Assembly (NCBI GenBank): GCA_949293555.1
Contig: CASFDV010000003.1
Location: 7,614-71,613, forward strand
DNA: 64,000 nucleotides
Source: an uncultured Bacillota bacterium
GTDB taxonomy: Bacteria; Bacillota_I; Bacilli_A; RFN20; CAG-826
Reading direction: 5' to 3'
Below the pieces are notes generated by a model. It had not been told where the DNA came from. It worked only from the letters and a program-made list of their open reading frames with translations, and ran no database searches. Position numbers and translations under genes: made by a program. This document shows positions 57,433-64,000 of the stretch, one piece after another (the first letter of the stretch is position 1; each line of letters opens with the position of its first letter).

Positions 57433-57880
57433 CTAGAGGAAGAGGAACGCCTCGGCCTGGAGGGCGAGTAGCCCTATGAGGAGGGCGGGCACCGCGACCA
57501 TGAGGCCTTCCCTCGTGAAGCGAAGGAAGGTGAGAGGGGCCCCTTCCTCCCTTACCTTCTGGAGGAACATGAGCCCAGCAAGGGCCTCGAAGGGGGTGAG
57601 ATAGGCGGCGAGGTTCGAGGAAAGGATGACCGCGTAGGGGGCAAGGGCCTCGTAAGGGGCGGACAGGAACACTTCCTCGAAGAGGACGGACATGGGGATG
57701 TTGTTCATGAGGTTCGCCAGGAGCATCGACCCGAGCCCGTGGCTCCAGATCGAATAGCCCTCCTGGTTCAGGTTCCCCGCGAGGAGGGAGGTGATCCCCT
57801 GCTCGTCCAGGGCAAGGACGACGACGAACATTCCGAGGAGGAGGGGGAGGAGGGAATAGGGAAGCCTCCCGCTGGAGAAG
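57433..57880 (-). pseudogene. ArsB/NhaD (IT superfamily) transporter, C-terminal fragment
   Basis: LANLMNNIPM..SSNLAAYLTPF.ALAGLMF. Only about 150 codons, with no 5' part. Confidence 0.7.
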
Positions 57881-57886
57881 GGCCTG

Positions 57887-58651
57887 ACGCTCCCCTCGAT
57901 CGACCTCGGCTTCCTGGAGGTGGGGTCCACCACCTTCTTCTGGATCATCGGGATCCTGATGACGGTGCCCTTCTACTCCTACTTCGCCCCTAAGGTGGGT
58001 ATATCTAGACCCTTGGGGATCCTCGTCGGGCTCCTCATCGTCATCCTCGAGGCCTTCGGGGCGAAGATCCTTTTCTTCATCGAAAACCCCTCCTCCCTCG
58101 GGGACGGGGTGAGCTGGCTCGGGGGCTTCTCCCTCTTCGGGGTGTTCCTCTTCTCTCCTCTCTTCCTCGTCCTCGTCGCCCTTTTCCTCAAGAGGGACGT
58201 CCTCTCCTTCCTCGACTACTACGCGCCCGGGATCCTCATCGAGCTCGCCTTCTACCGGGTGGGGTGCACCCTCGCCGGGTGCTGCCGGGGGATCTACGTG
58301 GGCTGGGGGATCTCGGACGGGAGGACGGACGGGCTCTTCCCCGTCCAGCCCGTCGAGATCGCCCTCGACCTCCCTCTCTTCGCCTTCCTCCTGTTCCTGA
58401 TCCTCCGGAAGGACGCCTTCTCGAGGAAAGGGCTTCTCCTCGGCGCCACGTTCCTCGGCTACGGGGCGATCCGCTTCGCCCTGGAGTTCGTCCGGGAAAG
58501 GACGAACATCCTCTGGGAGCTCTCCCTTTCCCACGTCTGGGCCTTGATCACGATCCTCGCGGGCGCCCTTTTCCTCCTCCTTTCCCTTTGGAAAGGGAAG
58601 AAGGCCGGGAAAGAAGGGGGCAAGCCCTCCCTTTCCGACGTAAATCGTTAA
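57887..58651 (+). CDS. Lgt-family (prolipoprotein diacylglyceryl transferase-like) membrane protein, start uncertain
   Basis: GAKI, GGFSLFG, RVGCTLAGCCRG, FPVQPVE and RFALEFVR. The frame extends upstream of GTG 57920 to (T)LPSIDLGFLEV. Confidence 0.75.
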   Translation, partial: TLPSIDLGFLEVGSTTFFWIIGILMTVPFYSYFAPKVGISRPLGILVGLLIVILEAFGAKILFFIENPSSLGDGVSWLGGFSLFGVFLFSPLFLVLVALFLKRDVLSFLDYYAPGILIELAFYRVGCTLAGCCRGIYVGWGISDGRTDGLFPVQPVEIALDLPLFAFLLFLILRKDAFSRKGLLLGATFLGYGAIRFALEFVRERTNILWELSLSHVWALITILAGALFLLLSLWKGKKAGKEGGKPSLSDVNR

Positions 58652-58774
58652 TCTTTCTCCGGAAACCCCCTTTCTGCAGGGATTTCCCGCGCCCATCCGC
58701 GAATTCCTTGCAAAGCGTTCCTTCCCTCCTTTACGATGAAGTCGCCCCAAGGGGCCATCAAGGAGGTGCCTACC

Positions 58775-60793
58775 ATGAAGAAAAGGCATATCGCCCTCGC
58801 CCTCGCCCTCGCGCCGATGCTGGCGCTCGTCTCCTGCGACACCACCTCTTCCTCCTCCGATCCCATAGGAAGCGGTTCGGAAGGGACCTCCCAGTCCAAC
58901 GGGGAAGGAGAGACCCCCGTCGGAGGGGGAGAAGGATTCCACGTCGAGGAAGGGATCCCCGACAAGAAGGGGGACATCACCGAGGAGGCCTTCCTCGCCT
59001 TCACGGCGGAAGTCGCTTCCGCCATCACGGGGGAGGAAATCCCCGACCCCTCCCTCGAGGACATGCCCGAGAGCTTCCTCCCGACCCTCTCCAAGGGCGG
59101 CTGGACGGACGCGCTCCTCGAGGACATCGCCCCCGTCCTCACCTCGGAAGGCGCCGTCTCCCTCATCCAGTCCGTCATGATGGCTTCAAGCGGCATGCCC
59201 ATGGATCCCACGATGATCCCCGGGATGGTGGGCCAGGCCTACGACGTCCTGGGCGAGCTCCTGCCCATCGTCGACGAGGACCAGTTTGCCGCTATCCTCG
59301 TCGCGGGCTTCTCCACCTGGACCGTCTCCGCGGGCACGAGCGCCCCCCTCTTTGCCTTCGGGCTGAACTACGAGAACCAGGAGGAGGTCCTCGAGGTCGC
59401 CAAGGAAGACCCGGCGGCCCTCGCCTTCTTCGAGGGAGTGATCGAGCGCTCCGACTACGGGGTCGATCCTTCCGTCTACGAAGGCTGGAACGAGGAGACG
59501 GAGGAGCTCCTCTGGATGGCCGGGAGGACCGTCTACGGAGTCCTCTCCGCGATCATCGAGAACTTCGAGAAGACGGAGCTCGCCTCTCTCGTCGATAGCA
59601 TCCTCGCCCTCACCGCAACCACGTCCGGGGCCGCTCCTTCCGCGGAGGACGTCCTGGCTCTCCTCCACGGGGCGGGGAAGATCCTCCTGAACTGCCTCCC
59701 CGACGGGGAGTCCCTCTCCCTTCTCTTCGGGAAGGTCGCCGCGCTTCCGAGCATGAGCAGGGGATGCTTCGAGAACGAGGTTCTCGTCCACGGCTACTGG
59801 GGCGGGAACGTCTGGAACGAGGACCCCCTGACGGGGCTTCCCCCTCTGGGAGGGGACTTCCGGACCCTCCTCACCCTCCTCGGGACGATGCTCGAGAACG
59901 CCGAGCTCGAGCACGCGGAGGCGATCCTCGCCTTCGCCGAGGCGAGTACCTCCACCGACCCCGCGGCGATGGAGGCGATGACCGGCGCGATGGTCTCCCT
60001 CTCGAAGCTCTACGCCGAGGCCCTCGGCCTCATGGGGGACAAGGCGGACGAGGTCGCTCCTGCCATCGAGTCCGTCCTCTCCTTCGCCCTCGGGCAGGAT
60101 TCCTACGAGACCCAGAGCTCCTCGAGCGGGGATTCCTATGAGTTCCAGATCACCAAGACCACGAACGCGCTCGACAAGGAGGCCCTCGCCTCGCTCCTTG
60201 ATGCCATCGAGCTCATGGCGGACCTCGACATGGAGAACCCCGACCCCGACCTGATGTTGGAGATCTCCGCGGCGATGGAAGCCGCCTCCGCCCTCGCCAC
60301 GAGCGAGAGCGAGACCTACCTCCTCGCCTACGAGGAAAGCGGTCCTGTCGGGGAGAGCTACCCCGCCCCGACGGTCAGCAAGGTCAGTGAGGCGGGCGAG
60401 ACCCCGGTCGAGCACGTCCTCTCCGGGATCGACACGTCCGCCCCGGGGCAGGGGCTCGCGACCATCACGTTCGAGGACATCGAGTTCCTGTTCCGCTACG
60501 AGGTCAGCGACATCGACCGGAAGGTCTCCTACCTCGAGCTCCGGCATGAGAACGGCTACTTCTCGAGCGACGTGTCCAAGACGCTGGCCCTCTCCCCGGA
60601 CATGGGCTCCATCCAGGAGATCTCCTACCGCACGACGGACGGGGTCTCCGTCGCCGTCCCCGTCGAGGACCTGATCGGCTTCGACCTTTCCGTCCCCGAA
60701 GGGATCTTCATCCTGCCTCTAAGCGAGGAGGGGGCTTCCCAGCCGAGCGAGTACCGCGCGGTGCCCTACGTCGTCCTCAGCGAGGAAGCGTAA
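58775..60793 (+). CDS. Large acidic lipoprotein with C-terminal Ig-like (Big_3-like) segment
   Basis: SD AAGGAGGT, LVSC lipobox and SGIDTSAPGQGLATITFE. Confidence 0.8.
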   Translation: MKKRHIALALALAPMLALVSCDTTSSSSDPIGSGSEGTSQSNGEGETPVGGGEGFHVEEGIPDKKGDITEEAFLAFTAEVASAITGEEIPDPSLEDMPESFLPTLSKGGWTDALLEDIAPVLTSEGAVSLIQSVMMASSGMPMDPTMIPGMVGQAYDVLGELLPIVDEDQFAAILVAGFSTWTVSAGTSAPLFAFGLNYENQEEVLEVAKEDPAALAFFEGVIERSDYGVDPSVYEGWNEETEELLWMAGRTVYGVLSAIIENFEKTELASLVDSILALTATTSGAAPSAEDVLALLHGAGKILLNCLPDGESLSLLFGKVAALPSMSRGCFENEVLVHGYWGGNVWNEDPLTGLPPLGGDFRTLLTLLGTMLENAELEHAEAILAFAEASTSTDPAAMEAMTGAMVSLSKLYAEALGLMGDKADEVAPAIESVLSFALGQDSYETQSSSSGDSYEFQITKTTNALDKEALASLLDAIELMADLDMENPDPDLMLEISAAMEAASALATSESETYLLAYEESGPVGESYPAPTVSKVSEAGETPVEHVLSGIDTSAPGQGLATITFEDIEFLFRYEVSDIDRKVSYLELRHENGYFSSDVSKTLALSPDMGSIQEISYRTTDGVSVAVPVEDLIGFDLSVPEGIFILPLSEEGASQPSEYRAVPYVVLSEEA

Positions 60794-60816
60794 GGAAAAG
60801 GGAGCCTTGCTCCCAG

Positions 60817-60845
60817 GGGCCCGGGAGACCGGGCCCTTTCCTTTC
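60817..60845 (+). terminator. Intrinsic terminator
   Basis: GGGCCCGG-GAGA-CCGGGCCC-TTTCCTTT. Confidence 0.7.
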
Positions 60846-60850
60846 CCTTC

Positions 60851-62092
60851 CTACGCCTTCCCTCGGGAAGCCCGAAGGAGGAGCGAGAGATAGAAGAGCC
60901 CCTTCTCCTCCCCGAGCCCCTCGTATCGTTCGAGGGCCCTCCCGGCGAGAGAAAGCGCGTCCTCCTTCTCCTCCTCGCCCGCCCCTTCCTTGAGGATCGC
61001 CGCCGAGGCCAGGACGAGGGCCGCCCCGAGGGCCTCCTGGTCCAGGGGCCCTCTTTCCTCCCAGGAGGCGAGGACGTCCTTCAGGGAGCCTCCTTCCGGA
61101 GGGAGGGCTCCCTTCCTTGCAAGGAGGGAGAGCGCCTTCCTGAGGTCCCTTTCTCCCGGGGCCTCGTCCTTCCCGTAGGAAAGGAAGAGCCAGCCGTCCT
61201 TCTCGACGTAGGGGAAGGGGCCTTCCTCCCGTTTCGGCCTGACGGCGACCCCGATGAAGTTGGCGGTGTCGGGCCGGAAATAGTCCGCCCGGGGCAAGTC
61301 CAGGAGTCCGAGCTCCTTCTCCATCCTCGCCTTCAGAATCTGGCCGTAGCGCTTCTTGACCTTCCTGACGCCCTTCTGGAGGTCCTCGTCCAGGTCTTCC
61401 TCGTCCCTCACCTTCCTTAGGTTCCGGAGGTCGCGGACCCGGATCCATTCCTCGCCAGAGAAAAGCCGTTCGAAATCGGGGGGCGCCAGATAGCAGGAGA
61501 CAGCGTGCACCTCCATCCCCTTCCCGCCCTTGCCGATCCGGAAGCCCATGGGAATGAAGGGGAACTGCCCGATCTTCGCCCTCTGGGCCAGGAGGACGCC
61601 CATTGTCTCGGAAGCCTCGTTGAGCATGGCGAGCGTTTCCTGCTCCTTCGGGTCCTCGCCTTCCTCCTCTTCCGGGTCCTCGATCGCCTCATAGATCCCC
61701 TGGAGCGCGCGCTTCCGGACGTATACGCTCTGGTCGCACCATAGGGCCTCGATCGCCTTTTCCTTCTCCTTCCTGAGAAGGCCCGGGGCCCTGGCGATCC
61801 TATAGGAAATTTCCGCCGCCTCCGCCTGCCCGTAGCTCCGCTTCCCGAGATAGATGCCGCCGCCGGGGACGTCCCTGATGTCGCAGCCGATCCCCCGTAG
61901 ATAGTCCCTCGCGTCGTAGAAGGTGTGGCGGTGGATTTCCCCTTGCGCGCCCATCTCCTTCAGCTTCCTTGCGAAGAAGTCGTCGAAGGAAAGCGGGTGA
62001 TCCCTGTCCGAGTATTCCCGGAGCACCCTGAGGACCGGGATCGCGATGGTGCTCTTGGTCGTGGGCGAGCCTTGCCCTTTCTTGCTGCTCAT
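60851..62092 (-). CDS. Protein with an N-terminal wHTH of the WYL-regulator type and a divergent C-terminus
   Basis: LRVLREYSDRDHPLS..IHRHTFYDARDYLRGIGCDI. Confidence 0.6.
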   Translation of the reverse strand: MSSKKGQGSPTTKSTIAIPVLRVLREYSDRDHPLSFDDFFARKLKEMGAQGEIHRHTFYDARDYLRGIGCDIRDVPGGGIYLGKRSYGQAEAAEISYRIARAPGLLRKEKEKAIEALWCDQSVYVRKRALQGIYEAIEDPEEEEGEDPKEQETLAMLNEASETMGVLLAQRAKIGQFPFIPMGFRIGKGGKGMEVHAVSCYLAPPDFERLFSGEEWIRVRDLRNLRKVRDEEDLDEDLQKGVRKVKKRYGQILKARMEKELGLLDLPRADYFRPDTANFIGVAVRPKREEGPFPYVEKDGWLFLSYGKDEAPGERDLRKALSLLARKGALPPEGGSLKDVLASWEERGPLDQEALGAALVLASAAILKEGAGEEEKEDALSLAGRALERYEGLGEEKGLFYLSLLLRASRGKA

Positions 62093-62217
62093 GAGGGTAT
62101 GGTATCCGCGCCGTCCCCTTTGCGGAAGGGGAGGGGACAGGCGTTCGGGATTCCTAGGGCCAGGGACGGCTTCCCTTTCCTTACCATCTTTCCCTTTCTC
62201 CGTCTATAATCCGGCCC

Positions 62218-62832
62218 ATGAGGAAGAGGCCTCTCCGTTCCCTTTTCTCCCACCCGGGGCTTGCCCTGGGAGGGACGTTCCTCGCCCTTCTTGGGGCGAC
62301 GGGAATCGCCTTCTCCTCCTGGAGCACTCTCCATGGGGCGAGGCTTGATGGAATCCGGGCGGAGTTCGCCTCCGTCCTGGACGTCAGGGAATACGTGTAT
62401 GTCCCGGACGAGGAAGGCTATGGCTATTCCTGCACCCCTTATTCGAACGTCGGCTTCCTCGGCGAGGACGACAGGATCGTCTACGACGGGTCCTTCTCCT
62501 TCGCCTTCCAGGTGAGGACGGAGGACGGGGCGCTCCTATCGGTGTACCCCGACGGGATCCCTGTCTCGCTAACCCTTGAGCATTCCTCTGATTTCTCCGC
62601 GGCCTTCCCGAACGCGATCGCGGGCATTTCCGTCGAAGGCGCCACTGGGCTTTCGGTCGAGGGCGGCCGCTGCAGCTTCCTGGTGACTCCCCCTTCCTCG
62701 GGGAACGCCAAGGTGACGCTTTCGATGCCCTTGGTAGCGGCGGACGCCTATCGCTCCCCTTCTTCCTTCGTCACGGCGGCGAACTCCCTTGAAAGCGTCT
62801 CCGTCACCCTTTCGATCGGAGGGGCCTCATGA
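62218..62832 (+). CDS. Hypothetical exported protein
   Basis: N-terminal hydrophobic segment ending GIAFSSW. TATAAT lies 7 nt before the ATG. Confidence 0.7.
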   Translation: MRKRPLRSLFSHPGLALGGTFLALLGATGIAFSSWSTLHGARLDGIRAEFASVLDVREYVYVPDEEGYGYSCTPYSNVGFLGEDDRIVYDGSFSFAFQVRTEDGALLSVYPDGIPVSLTLEHSSDFSAAFPNAIAGISVEGATGLSVEGGRCSFLVTPPSSGNAKVTLSMPLVAADAYRSPSSFVTAANSLESVSVTLSIGGAS

Positions 62833-64000
62833 GGAAGTCCCGCTTCCTTCCCTTCCTCCTTGGGGCGCTTGGCCTCGCTTTCCTCATCCCCACCGCCTCC
62901 TCCCTCTATCTCGTGAACCAGGCCTCGATGCGCTACGACTTCGACATCGTAAAGGGGAACGAGAGGGCGGTCGCCGTCATCGGCTCCGAGCCCGGCGTCT
63001 ACTACGCGAGCGTCGAGGGGGCGCTGAGGTCCGCGACTAGCAAGGTAAGCGATGCCGGAGAGAATCAGACCGTCTACGTCCTCCCCGGGATCAGCAATGA
63101 CTCGAATCCGATCGTCATAGATGAGGATTGCATAGTTTCCTCGGGGGTGATCCTCTCCTTGCCCTACGCCCAGAGCGGGGATACGTTCACCACCGGCTTC
63201 GAGCATTCCGAGGCCAAGGACATCTACGGGAGCGGAACGAATTTCGCGGACAGCACCCAGTCGAATGCTCAGACGAACCGGAAGACCCTCGTCCTCCTCG
63301 AGGAGGGAGTGAACCTGACGATCGAATCCGGGGGACGTGTGATCGTCGGAGGGGCGCTGGGCACTGGTTCCGGAGGCTCCAACACCTTGGGCATGACCTC
63401 CGGGAGCTACGCGGAGATCGCGATGAAGGCAGGCTCTTCGATCGACTGCCTCGGGGCATTCGACGTCCGGGGATACGTGAAGCCCTGGGATGAAGCCGAC
63501 GATGATGACGCGAACGGATGCCGCATCACGGTTGGCACTCCCTCCAGCAGCGGAGCTTCCCTTTCGCTTCCCTTGGTGTTCTATGGGTTCGAGGGCGGTT
63601 CGAAAGTCCTGGCGGGCGATGGCAGCGCGGGCAACCCTTTCTCATGGGATGGCTCCGCCCTGAATGGCGTCTTCCCCTTCGAGATCTTCGATTTGCCGAA
63701 CGTATCCGTCCCTTATACCGTCTATGAGGGAAATTCCGTCAACTGCACTTACGCTTTCCAAATGAGTTTCCAAGGCACGACTTATACGCTGGGCGGTCCC
63801 TTGAACCTTCTTGGCGAAGATAATGCGATCATGACCCTTGTCTCCCAAGGGTCGAGCATGACTTTTGACTACGAGCCGGCGGCTATCTATGAAATTAGCA
63901 GAATCGAGGATGGTGTTGTGACAACCATTCGTCGCGGGCTCTCCATCAACGATGCGTGGTGCTTGAAAAATGGCTGCGGGTGGCCCGCTGGCGTTTCTAT
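62829..64000 (+). CDS. Large secreted protein, 5' part (runs off window end)
   Basis: ATGA overlap. Manual translation MRKSRFLPFLLGALGLAFLIPTASS..YYASVEGALRSA..TVYVLPG. Absent from the ORF track, consistent with no stop inside the window. Confidence 0.75.
   Translation, partial: MRKSRFLPFLLGALGLAFLIPTASSLYLVNQASMRYDFDIVKGNERAVAVIGSEPGVYYASVEGALRSATSKVSDAGENQTVYVLPGISNDSNPIVIDEDCIVSSGVILSLPYAQSGDTFTTGFEHSEAKDIYGSGTNFADSTQSNAQTNRKTLVLLEEGVNLTIESGGRVIVGGALGTGSGGSNTLGMTSGSYAEIAMKAGSSIDCLGAFDVRGYVKPWDEADDDDANGCRITVGTPSSSGASLSLPLVFYGFEGGSKVLAGDGSAGNPFSWDGSALNGVFPFEIFDLPNVSVPYTVYEGNSVNCTYAFQMSFQGTTYTLGGPLNLLGEDNAIMTLVSQGSSMTFDYEPAAIYEISRIEDGVVTTIRRGLSINDAWCLKNGCGWPAGVS

Noticed and set aside
45346-57890. 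A single inversion explaining both fusion junctions
   Set aside because: Both junctions join 3' gene parts from four unrelated genes, and the matching 5' parts are absent from the window. Independent deletions fit better.
3601-60547. Long antisense or alternate-frame ORFs (e.g. 3601-5094, 32462-33694, 35289-37703, 37905-39893, 54827-56347, 57311-58942, 59186-60547)
   Set aside because: These are shadow ORFs typical of high-GC3 genes. They overlap well-supported genes and have no recognisable motifs.

Overview
This is a 64-kb GC-rich bacterial chromosome segment using the standard code (TGA is a stop). The many acidic lipoproteins and the gene content suggest an uncultured gut Bacilli/Firmicutes lineage, which is an inference. 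Ordinary content includes an OYE flavin reductase with a divergent PucR-type regulator, a HelD-like helicase, an ECF sigma/anti-sigma pair, tRNA-Asp/Phe/Thr, a MarR-ABC exporter operon, an MFS-PLC-cls-galM-malQ-rimO block, a nucleoside hydrolase and large surface proteins. An accessory region downstream of tRNA-Thr (about 42.4-57.4 kb) carries a DNA phosphorothioation defence locus: HNH, methyltransferase, pbeABCD-like genes and dndCDE, with no dndA or dndB. Less obvious structure includes: (i) repeats or palindromes upstream of all three AAA-ATPase/PD-(D/E)XK genes, including five copies at exact 23-bp period at 2413-2519; (ii) a 35-bp motif shared by the ECF sigma gene and a paralogue of its anti-sigma 8.4 kb away; (iii) at least nine genes with a leaderless layout, a -10 box 5-7 nt before the ATG; (iv) two back-to-back 5'-deletion scars; and (v) a frameshifted wHTH tail on an AlbA_2 protein. 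All family assignments come from motif recognition, not database searches.
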